Source: an uncultured cyanobacterium
GTDB lineage: Bacteria > Cyanobacteriota > Cyanobacteriia > Cyanobacteriales > Cyanobacteriaceae
Assembly: GCA_963710605.1 (NCBI GenBank)
Contig: CAVQBA010000007.1
Span: 416,001-480,000, forward strand
Direction of reading: 5' to 3'
Length of the DNA: 64,000 bases
Part shown: positions 1 through 8,306 of the stretch, piece after piece
How the letters are laid out: every line of letters starts with the position of its first letter
How positions within the stretch are numbered: position 1 is the first letter of the stretch
Notes under the pieces: model-generated
Database searches by the model: none
The model's input: the letters and a program-made list of their open reading frames with translations, nothing else
Told to the model about the DNA's origin: nothing
Position numbers and translations under genes: made by a program

Positions 1-661
1 CAGCCAACCAACGTAAACCTAACTGACGTTTTTCTAACCAAGTAACTCCTAATAAAAAAACTGTGCCTAACCACAAACTTTTCATGCCGCTACAAGGTAA
101 GTCAACTTTACTGATACCATTTTCCATCAAAATAATATCATGGGAAGAAATAGCACCTAACTTAAAAAAAGACAAGACATCAGCAACAAAATGAGCGGTA
201 ATAACCCTAACAGGAAAACCCAAACCGCTATTAAAAGAAATAGCAAAAGGGATAACACAAGCACTAATAATTCCCAAACATAAATTTTTTCGCCAACTAG
301 ATAAATCGATAAACAAACCAAGCAAGCCATAACTACCTAGAATGAAACAAGCAAAAGTTAGTTGTGGTAAATGAATAGTCCATTTAATTACGATCGCACT
401 TAATTCTCCTCCTAACATTAGTAGTAAAGGATAGAGTTTAAATTCAGGAGAAAAAGATTTTAATTTAAAAACCTGATTACGCCATAATTGTATAGATAAA
501 GCAATAACCACGATCGATAAGATAACAATATTTAAAATAGAAGTATCAGAAAATGAGTCAAGAAACCAAACATATGTCCAAGCATTTCCTAATATCCAAA
601 TAGCGACTAAAAAAATAGTTGCTAGATTTTGTTGAGGTTTTGAAATCGGTAATGTATTCAT
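1..661 (-). CDS. Exosortase-family membrane protein (probably exosortase O), 5' part; runs off the window start
   Basis: Not in the ORF track. Open frame from ATG at 661: MNTLPISKPQQNLATIFLVAIWILGNAW..., multiple hydrophobic segments, GFPVRVITA and ENGISKVDLPCSGMKSLW (exosortase catalytic Cys motif PCSG). Confidence 0.75.
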   Translation of the reverse strand, partial: MNTLPISKPQQNLATIFLVAIWILGNAWTYVWFLDSFSDTSILNIVILSIVVIALSIQLWRNQVFKLKSFSPEFKLYPLLLMLGGELSAIVIKWTIHLPQLTFACFILGSYGLLGLFIDLSSWRKNLCLGIISACVIPFAISFNSGLGFPVRVITAHFVADVLSFFKLGAISSHDIILMENGISKVDLPCSGMKSLWLGTVFLLGVTWLEKRQLGLRWLA

Positions 662-854
662 CGGGATAAATAATAAACTTCGTAGTGTAATCTGTGATGA
701 TTATTTTATTTATTAAGTTTCCCCTTTTCCCTCTATTTAGTTATACACTATTTTGGCATTTATGCAAATATTATTTATATTAGTTAACAATTCATAATCT
801 AACTTTAAATATAGCGTTATAGTCAGTTAAGAGTTAAGAATTAAGAAACACGAA

Positions 855-934
855 ATTCCCTATTCCCTATTCCCTATTCCCTATTCCCTATTCCCTATTC
901 CCTATTCCCTATTCCCTATTCCCTATTCCCTATT
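855..934. repeat. STRR heptamer array (ATTCCCT)x11
   Basis: Perfect 7-bp tandem units read directly; the same unit recurs at about 39558-39601. Confidence 0.95.
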
Positions 935-1023
935 AATCAAAACTCCCTTCCCCAAAGCGAGGAAAGGAATAACTAATTGTAATTAAAATAAAGTTTGTTA
1001 ACTATTTAATTGATTAGTAGTAG

Positions 1024-1512
1024 TTAGGAAGCCCCAGTCTTACTGAGAATATCCATTAAAGGTACTACGTAGGGGGTTTGACAGAGGAAATACGCAAAGA
1101 ACGCACCACCACAACCTCCTAAAAGGAAGCCACTTGCAAACTCACTCCAACCTTCACGGCTTCCTAAATCCTCTGGCACAACAGGTGTAGTTAAAGTTGC
1201 AGTAGGTTTTTCTACCGTAACAGTGCCATAAATAGATAAACAAATAGTGAGGATAGCAACTAAACCAATTGTTGCTAAAAGTCCCGCAGTAGGACCAAAT
1301 TCAGTGTAACGAATAGGACCTAAAAGAGCAAAAGGGCCGTATAAAAAGTACCCATGTGCCATACCAATTTCTAAGCCACGACGATTAGCAGATAATCCTT
1401 TACGATATGCTGGTAAAGCGTTGATATAAGCTTTGGTAAAACCAGAACCGTTTACAGGAGTGGAAAGATTTCCAACTTGAGGATCGCCACCAGAATGTAC
1501 AAATTCAGCCAT
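1024..1512 (-). CDS. psaL: Photosystem I reaction centre subunit XI PsaL
   Basis: DPQVGNLSTPV, LPAYRKGLS, RGLEIGMAHGYFL, EGWSEFASGF motifs; ATG at 1512 preferred over the ORF-track start at 1548. Confidence 0.95.
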   Translation of the reverse strand: MAEFVHSGGDPQVGNLSTPVNGSGFTKAYINALPAYRKGLSANRRGLEIGMAHGYFLYGPFALLGPIRYTEFGPTAGLLATIGLVAILTICLSIYGTVTVEKPTATLTTPVVPEDLGSREGWSEFASGFLLGGCGGAFFAYFLCQTPYVVPLMDILSKTGAS

Positions 1513-1605
1513 TGATTTTTCTTTATATCTCCTTAATATTGTTATCAAATAATTAAGTATTTGTAGGTTAATGTACCTCGATTCAGTATCTTTACCTTTT
1601 TTTTT

Positions 1606-1623
1606 GTTAAGAATCTTTATATT
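1606..1623 (+). promoter_or_regulatory. HLR1 (RpaB-binding)-like direct repeat in the psaL/psaI divergent promoter
   Basis: GTTAAGAA-TC-TTTATATT resembles (G/T)TTACA(T/A)(T/A)-N2 repeats, which are established in PSI promoters. Confidence 0.45.
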
Positions 1624-1700
1624 TCAATTTATTTCGTCAAACTTAGTTGTAATATCCAGTTTAGGTTAACTTTATTGTTTAGTATAGGAACATAACAAAC

Positions 1701-1826
1701 ATGATTGGAGAATACGCAGCTTCTTTTTTACCGGCCTCTTTAGTTCCCGCTGTTGGTTTATTAATGCCAGCGATCGCAATGGGACTTTTCTTTTTGTATA
1801 TTGAAAGTAACGCTACTGACGCTTAA
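1701..1826 (+). CDS. psaI: Photosystem I subunit VIII PsaI (41 aa; below the ORF-track cutoff)
   Basis: [45 protein letters not shown] upstream; divergent from psaL. Confidence 0.95.
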   Translation: MIGEYAASFLPASLVPAVGLLMPAIAMGLFFLYIESNATDA

Positions 1827-1858
1827 GTTTTTTTGAATTACTTGTTCGTCTTTATCGT

Positions 1859-1886
1859 CAGGGACTTAGTATTACTATGTCCCTAC
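1859..1886 (+). terminator. Hairpin after psaI
   Basis: AGGGAC-TTAGTATTACTAT-GTCCCT stem followed by a T-rich stretch. Confidence 0.5.
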
Positions 1887-2015
1887 ATTTTGAAATAACG
1901 ATCGTATTTGTTCTCAATTAACATTGATTAATTATTATTGATCTTGGCTAGAAAATAAGAGAAAGATGATACAACCGCAAAGGGGTTAACTTCAATCTTG
2001 CTAACCAGAAAAGAG

Positions 2016-2549
2016 TTAGGAATTTTGTTTAGAGGTATTAAGTAAAAAAGCAGTATTTTTGATTACTTCGGCAATACCTTGAAGAATTAATAAAATAGGG
2101 CTGATAATAATCATCGTTTTAATCGGGTAACGAGGTAAACCACCATCATCGCCAGATATTTCTCGAATACTCCATGAATTCATGACATATTGCCAAGAAA
2201 AATAGATGATGATTCCACAAAAAGGAATTAAAAAGAAAACGACTCCCAAAATATTAACTATGGCTTTTAGGCGTGGGGAAAAGTCTTTATAAAATACATC
2301 AACTCGTACATGATTATCTGTTTGTAATGTATAAGCCGCACCTAAAAAGAAAATCAAATCAAAGATGTACCATTGTAATTCTAGTAAGCTATTTGAAGTC
2401 AAATTTTCGCCGACTATTTTACCGACATATCTACCTATTACATTCCAAACACCTAAACTAATCATCAAAAGTACCAAACCATAAGTTAGTTTGCCACACC
2501 ATTGACTTATTCGATCGATTATGTTAGCTATCTTCAGAGCTATATTCAT
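2016..2549 (-). CDS. TRAP transporter small permease (DctQ family)
   Basis: Four TM segments, ELQWY, LGAAYTL, HVRVDVFY and GGLPRYPIK motifs. Confidence 0.9.
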   Translation of the reverse strand: MNIALKIANIIDRISQWCGKLTYGLVLLMISLGVWNVIGRYVGKIVGENLTSNSLLELQWYIFDLIFFLGAAYTLQTDNHVRVDVFYKDFSPRLKAIVNILGVVFFLIPFCGIIIYFSWQYVMNSWSIREISGDDGGLPRYPIKTMIIISPILLILQGIAEVIKNTAFLLNTSKQNS

Positions 2550-2763
2550 GATTAAAAAAACAAATAACGAAAAATAATTATATAGTGACTCTAGAGTAAT
2601 CTCACTATAATAGGTTATTCTTTTGAAAGACTAAAGTCCTTACTACAACTATTTATTTTTCATCAATTAATCGATAATTAAAAATGAATAGTCAAAAATA
2701 ACTTAATCTTTTACTATTAGTGTATTAGTTCTTTCACAATTCACATAAATTTATTAGAGATAA

Positions 2764-3309
2764 ATGGAAATTATTACGACTAAAATACCTGATGTTTTAA
2801 TTATTGAACCGAAAGTATTTGCTGATGAGAGAGGGTTTTTTTTTGAAAGTTTTAATAGTCAAAATTTTAGCGACAAAACAGGTGTTAATGTAGATTTTGT
2901 TCAAGATAATCATTCTCGATCGCAAAAAGATGTTTTAAGAGGATTACATTATCAAATTAAACAAGCACAAGGTAAATTAGTTCGAGCGGTAGTCGGAGAA
3001 ATACTTGATGTAGCGGTTGATATTCGTAAATCATCGCCTACTTTTGGTGAATGGGTAGGAGTAGTTTTAAGTGCGGAAAACAAAAAGCAATTATGGATAC
3101 CCGCAGGTTTTGCTCATGGTTTTTTAGTTTTATCAGAAAATGCCGAGGTATTGTATAAAGCAACTGACTTTTATGCCCCTCAATACGATCGATCTATTCT
3201 CTGGAAAGATCCCGATATTAATATTAATTGGAACTTAACTTCTTCTCCTACAATTTCAACTAAAGATGAAAAAGGAGCTTTACTCAAAGATGCTGAAGTT
3301 TTTAGTTAA
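2764..3309 (+). CDS. rfbC: dTDP-4-dehydrorhamnose 3,5-epimerase
   Basis: DERGFFFESF, QDNHSRS, LRGLHYQ, GFAHGF. Confidence 0.97.
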   Translation: MEIITTKIPDVLIIEPKVFADERGFFFESFNSQNFSDKTGVNVDFVQDNHSRSQKDVLRGLHYQIKQAQGKLVRAVVGEILDVAVDIRKSSPTFGEWVGVVLSAENKKQLWIPAGFAHGFLVLSENAEVLYKATDFYAPQYDRSILWKDPDININWNLTSSPTISTKDEKGALLKDAEVFS

Positions 3310-3345
3310 AACGCTTTTTTTATTACTTTTAAAAACATTTGAATT

Positions 3346-4236
3346 ATGACTAAAATTTTGCTTTTTGGTAGTCAAGGACAAGTTGGTAGCGAACTTGCTA
3401 ATATCTTACCCGAACAAGGAGAATTAATTAAAATCAATCGATCTTTAGTTGACTTAACTAACCCAGAACAAATTCGTAATTGTATCCAAGAAAATAAACC
3501 CAATATCATTGTTAATTCCGCCGCTTATACAGCAGTTGATAAAGCAGAATCAGAAATTCAACCCGCTCAACAAATTAACGCTGTTGCCCCCCAAATAATG
3601 GCACAAGAAAGCCAAAAAATTAAGGCTAAACTAATCCATATCTCCACCGATTATGTTTTTGATGGCAAAAGTAATCTACCTTATCTAGAAACATCGACAA
3701 CAAATCCAATCGGCATTTACGGTAAAAGTAAATTGGCAGGAGAAGAAAAAATCAAGGAAAATACCGACAACTATATTATTCTACGTACCGCTTGGGTATA
3801 TGGTACTTATGGTAAAGGAAATTTTGTCAAAACCATGTTGCGTGTCGGTGAAAAAAATCCCCAATTGAAAGTAGTTATTGATCAAATTGGTACTCCTACT
3901 TATGCTTATGATATAGCTGAGGCGATTAGTCGGTTAATTAAGCAATACCAAGGGCAAAAACAGCAAACAGACATCTATCATTTTACTAACAATGGTGTTT
4001 GTAGCTGGTACGATTTTGCCGTTAATATTTTTAAACAAGCGGATAAATTAGGTTTTCCTTTAGCCGTAAAAGAAGTTTTACCGATTAATACTAGTGAATA
4101 TCCTACCCCCGCCCAACGCCCTGCTTATTCAGTATTAAGTAATCGTAAAATTAGTCAAGATTTGGATTATCTACCTGAGTATTGGCAAGATTCTTTGACT
4201 ATAATGTTGAAAACCTTACTGACTTCAAACTCTTAA
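3346..4236 (+). CDS. rfbD: dTDP-4-dehydrorhamnose reductase
   Basis: GSQGQVG, AAYTAVDKAE, STDYVFDG, YGKSK. Confidence 0.97.
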   Translation: MTKILLFGSQGQVGSELANILPEQGELIKINRSLVDLTNPEQIRNCIQENKPNIIVNSAAYTAVDKAESEIQPAQQINAVAPQIMAQESQKIKAKLIHISTDYVFDGKSNLPYLETSTTNPIGIYGKSKLAGEEKIKENTDNYIILRTAWVYGTYGKGNFVKTMLRVGEKNPQLKVVIDQIGTPTYAYDIAEAISRLIKQYQGQKQQTDIYHFTNNGVCSWYDFAVNIFKQADKLGFPLAVKEVLPINTSEYPTPAQRPAYSVLSNRKISQDLDYLPEYWQDSLTIMLKTLLTSNS

Positions 4237-4264
4237 CCTTTAACTTTTAACTCTTAACTAAACC

Positions 4265-5338
4265 ATGAAAGCATTAATTTTATCAGGTGGAAAAGGCACT
4301 CGTTTACGCCCTCTTACTTACACAGGGGCAAAACAACTTGTACCAGTGGCGAATAAGCCGATTCTTTGGTACGGTATAGAAGCGATCGTTTCGGCTGGAA
4401 TTACCGAAATAGGCATCATTATCAGCCCTGAAACAGGTACAGAAATTGAAGAAAAAACAGGTGATGGTAGTCGTTTTGGTGCAAAAATTACTTATATTCG
4501 TCAAGATAGCCCTGATGGTTTAGCCCATGCCGTCAAAATCGCTCAACCGTTTTTAGGTGATTCTCCTTTTGTGATGTATTTAGGAGATAATCTAATTGCT
4601 GATAGTTTGCAAGAGTATTTAACTAATTTTAAAGAAAATAATTTGGATGCTTTAATCTTACTGAGAAAAGTATCTAACCCTACAGCTTTTGGAGTAGCCA
4701 AAATCAACGAAAAAGGACAAGTATTAGAGTTAGTAGAAAAACCGAAAAACCCTCCTTCAAATTTAGCTTTAGTTGGTATCTATTTCTTTTCCCCGACAAT
4801 CCATGAGGCGATCGCTACTTTAAAACCATCACCACGAGGAGAATTAGAAATTACCGATGCGATTCAAGCTTTATTAGAACAGAAAAAACCAATCTCAGCT
4901 TGTCAACTCAAAGATTGGTGGTTAGATACAGGAAAAAAAGACGATCTTCTAGAAGCAAATCGGATTATTTTAGATACTAATTTATTAACTCAAAATGACG
5001 GTTATATCGATGAAAATACCAAGGTTATCGGTAGAGTAAAAATTGGTAAAAATACTCGGATAATCAACTCTACCATAAGAGGTCCTGTTGTTATCGGCGA
5101 GAATTGCTATCTCGAAAATTGCTTTATTGGTCCTTATTCTAGTATTGCGGATAATGTCAAACTATCTGAAGCTGACTTGGAACACAGCGTAATTCTAGAT
5201 TCGGCTGAAGTAGTTGGTATCGAGCAAAGAATAGTTGATAGTGTTATCGGGCAAAGAGCAAAACTAAATCTAGCCCCCAAACGTCCTAAAGCTCTTAGTT
5301 TTATGATTGGTGACGATTCTCAAATTCAACTTACTTAA
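4265..5338 (+). CDS. rfbA: Glucose-1-phosphate thymidylyltransferase (long form)
   Basis: LSGGKGTRLRPLT, PRGELEITDA, WWLDTGKKDDLLEAN and a C-terminal hexapeptide-repeat region. Confidence 0.95.
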   Translation: MKALILSGGKGTRLRPLTYTGAKQLVPVANKPILWYGIEAIVSAGITEIGIIISPETGTEIEEKTGDGSRFGAKITYIRQDSPDGLAHAVKIAQPFLGDSPFVMYLGDNLIADSLQEYLTNFKENNLDALILLRKVSNPTAFGVAKINEKGQVLELVEKPKNPPSNLALVGIYFFSPTIHEAIATLKPSPRGELEITDAIQALLEQKKPISACQLKDWWLDTGKKDDLLEANRIILDTNLLTQNDGYIDENTKVIGRVKIGKNTRIINSTIRGPVVIGENCYLENCFIGPYSSIADNVKLSEADLEHSVILDSAEVVGIEQRIVDSVIGQRAKLNLAPKRPKALSFMIGDDSQIQLT

Positions 5339-5356
5339 AGAAAATAGTACGATCTC

Positions 5357-5686
5357 GTAGGTTGGGTTAAGCCGTGAAAGTATTAAAATAGATCACGATA
5401 CATCACATAAAAGCGAAACCCAACATAAATGTATAGTTGTTTCAATTGAGATTAATACAGCAAGAACAATACTGAAACTAAAGTATTAAACCCGCCTTGA
5501 ACTGTCGTGCAAGGCTAATATCCTGTTCGTTTAATAAATTAAACTTAAATTTAGATACAGCACTCGTGTCTTATTTTTATTTGAAACAACTATATTAAAG
5601 ACATAATTCGATCGATGAATTACGGCACTCGTTATCAGTGAATTTGTTGCCCCTTATAATGGATAGTTGCCTAGACACACTACTAC
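5357..5686. mobile_element. Nested repeat: GTAGGTTGGGTT...CGAAACCCAACA / TTACGGCACTCGTTA element carrying a TA-ended MITE (5432-5594) that contains a CCTTG-N-CAAGG hairpin
   Basis: 14-bp perfect TIR TATAGTTGTTTCAA at 5432-5445 and its complement at 5581-5594; relatives of the host element lacking this insert at 49585-49705, 50466-50534 (partial) and 63468-63581 (reverse). Confidence 0.75.
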
Positions 5687-5718
5687 AGGCTATTTATTGT
5701 CAATTGTCAATTATCAAC

Positions 5719-6423
5719 TTATACAAATCTTTGTACCATCTCGGTGGCTAACTCAGTTGTTTCTACAGCTAAATTAAATAATTCTCTACCAGCATATAAA
5801 TAAGATTCTTCGTAAGTCATGGTAAATCTTTCTAATTCTTCAATGCCATCATTAATGTGATTCAATCCGTAGTAAATATAAGCGGCGATACCAGCATATA
5901 AACTAGGATTAGGTTGCGATCGTAACGTATTTTCAGCTTGAAGACAAATTCGCCGAGATTCTTCTAAATACTCCACAAAAACCCCCATTAATTCATCATC
6001 AAATAAATCACCTGATAACTCTTCTATTTCGTCTTCTAAAGGATTAATAATTTGTTCTATCATATGATAAATAGGAGCATAAACTTCGCTGAGCCATTGA
6101 GATTGCGAAGTCTCTTGTGATTGATATTTTTCTTTGGTTTGACGATAATGATTTTCTGCCCAGCTATTTTTAGCTTGACGAGATTGCACTTGTGTGCTGT
6201 AGTAATTATCTTGATCGTCTAAAGCTTGAGAGCGATCGTATTTACTTCGATTTTGCGGATCACTTAATATTTTGTAAGCAGTATTAAGTTGAACGATCGT
6301 TTCATGATTAGCGTTTTGATGTTGACTATCAGGATGAAATTCTTTGGCTAAACGTCGATAGGCTTGTTTGATTTGTTGAGTAGAAGCCGTTACTTCTACT
6401 TGTAAAAGTTGATAATAATTCAT
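5719..6423 (-). CDS. DnaJ-domain (J-domain) protein
   Basis: N-terminal J domain with HPD motif (KEFHPD). Confidence 0.9.
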   Translation of the reverse strand: MNYYQLLQVEVTASTQQIKQAYRRLAKEFHPDSQHQNANHETIVQLNTAYKILSDPQNRSKYDRSQALDDQDNYYSTQVQSRQAKNSWAENHYRQTKEKYQSQETSQSQWLSEVYAPIYHMIEQIINPLEDEIEELSGDLFDDELMGVFVEYLEESRRICLQAENTLRSQPNPSLYAGIAAYIYYGLNHINDGIEELERFTMTYEESYLYAGRELFNLAVETTELATEMVQRFV

Positions 6424-6432
6424 GATCAGAAA

Positions 6433-7374
6433 TTATTCTAGCAAATCTTTAAACAAAGGCGTACTCAAATATCGCTCACCAAAACTAGGTTGTATCATCA
6501 CAATCAATTTATCTTTATTCTCTTCTCGTTGAGCAAGTTTAATCGCTCCTGCTAAAGCCGCCCCTGTAGAAATTCCTGATAAGATACCTTCTTCTCTAGC
6601 TAACCGTCTGCCGTAACTAATAGCTTCATCGTCGGTAACAGTTATAATCTCGTCGATTAATTCAACTTTCAAAACATCAGGAATAAAACCCGCCCCAATT
6701 CCTTGGATTTTATGCCCACCTGGTTTACCACCTGATAAAACAGAACTATTTGTCGGCTCGATCGCTATTACCTTAAAATCAACATTTTTTTCTTTGAGTA
6801 ATTCAGCCACCCCTGTGATCGTACCACCAGTACCCACACCTGCGACCAAAAAATCAATCTTACCATCAGTATCTTCCCAAATTTCGGCGGCAGTAGTTTG
6901 ACGATGAATAGCAGGATTAGCCTTATTTTGAAACTGCTGTAACATATAAGCATTAGGTAAAGTATCCACAATATCCTGAGCCCGTTGGATACAACCAGAC
7001 ATACCTTCAATTCCCGGTGTCAATTCAAGTTTTGCCCCAAAAGCCCTTAACATCGCCCTTCTTTCTTCGCTCATAGTTTCAGGCATTGTCAAGATTAAAG
7101 TATAACCTTTAGCCGCCGCCGCCATCGCTAAGGCGATACCTGTATTACCAGAAGTTGGTTCGACTAAAACTGTTTTTCCTGGTTTGATTAATCCCTCTTT
7201 TTCGGCAGTATTAATCATATTAACGCCGATTCTGTCTTTAACTGAGGCAGAAGGATTCATCCCTTCTAACTTCACCACAATCTGTGCAACACAACCTTCT
7301 TTTTTAGGGATACGATTTAATTTTACTAAAGGAGTTTTACCGACTAATTCAGTAATATTATTAGCAATCTTCAT
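6433..7374 (-). CDS. cysK: Cysteine synthase A
   Basis: SVKDRIG (PLP lysine), [21 protein letters not shown]. Confidence 0.97.
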   Translation of the reverse strand: MKIANNITELVGKTPLVKLNRIPKKEGCVAQIVVKLEGMNPSASVKDRIGVNMINTAEKEGLIKPGKTVLVEPTSGNTGIALAMAAAAKGYTLILTMPETMSEERRAMLRAFGAKLELTPGIEGMSGCIQRAQDIVDTLPNAYMLQQFQNKANPAIHRQTTAAEIWEDTDGKIDFLVAGVGTGGTITGVAELLKEKNVDFKVIAIEPTNSSVLSGGKPGGHKIQGIGAGFIPDVLKVELIDEIITVTDDEAISYGRRLAREEGILSGISTGAALAGAIKLAQREENKDKLIVMIQPSFGERYLSTPLFKDLLE

Positions 7375-7535
7375 TATGATGATAATTATTTAAGCGATTA
7401 TCTTTTATTTTAACTATTCTCCGAGCAAGAAGTTAAGAGTTAAGATTTATGAATTACAGAAGGATAAGAAATAGGAATTTAATATTCGGAAGGATTAAGA
7501 ATGAAAAATAATTGTCAATTGTCAATTGTCAATTG

Positions 7536-7775
7536 TCAATTACCCCGTATTTGTTCCATTTGATTAGTTTTTTCAGTTAAACCATATTTATTCATCAGTT
7601 GGACGATTACAACTGAACTTATAATCCCGATCACTAAACCAATACTTAATAGAATAGTAAATAATTTACGTAGGCTTTTAGTAGTTTGTGGTGATGGTTG
7701 TTCGTTTGTGTCAAAACGATCGTTATTATTAAGGTTATCAGATTGATTTTGAGGATCGAAAAAAGGATTATTCAT
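7536..7775 (-). CDS. Small single-TM hypothetical protein
   Basis: 79 aa, one hydrophobic segment followed by KYGLT. Confidence 0.65.
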   Translation of the reverse strand: MNNPFFDPQNQSDNLNNNDRFDTNEQPSPQTTKSLRKLFTILLSIGLVIGIISSVVIVQLMNKYGLTEKTNQMEQIRGN

Positions 7776-8088
7776 TTATTTACTATCAATGGTTTTTTCT
7801 TATTGTAATGATTAAAGAGAAAGGGTCGATGTGAGTTTATAATTCTTCTAATGTCAGTATCAGGATTTAACAGGATTAATGGATTTACAGGATTGTTTTT
7901 GGATTAGGTTAGTCGATTGGTATCGCTCATTTTAATGAGCGATTATTATATTCGCAATCAATAATTTGACAAAGGATTTTTTAACTTATTAATTCTTGCG
8001 TAATAGGCATTAGAAAACGATCGTTATTATTAAGGTTATCAGATTGATTTTGAGGATCGAAAAAAGGATTATTCATTTATTTACTATC
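7713..8088. repeat. 75-bp perfect direct repeat (7713-7787 and 8014-8088) duplicating the 5' end of the 79-aa gene
   Basis: Identical AAAACGATCGTTATT...TTTACTATC in both copies. Confidence 0.95.
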
Positions 8089-8306
8089 GATGGCTTTTAT
8101 TGATTATTAATGACTTTCTATCATTGTAATGATTAAAATTAGCAAAACAGGTCGAATTAATTTTTTTTATTTTGCTCAAAGTAATTAACCGCTGTAAATG
8201 ACTAGTGTCTGCTAAACAAATATTCTTGTAAGTTCATCAATTCATCAAAAATATTAAAAACAATGTTTATAATAGTAAATGTGTATTAAAATAATAATTG
8301 ATCGTG

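Noticed and set aside
855-934. Tandem repeats as a possible CRISPR array (also 39558, 45729 and 62140)
   Set aside because: The 7-bp or 21-bp units are contiguous with no unique spacers, and no cas genes are present.
1563-1576. GTA-N8-TAC (NtcA-like site) between psaL and psaI
   Set aside because: Only six informative bases in AT-rich DNA and no clearly positioned -10; not supportable alone.
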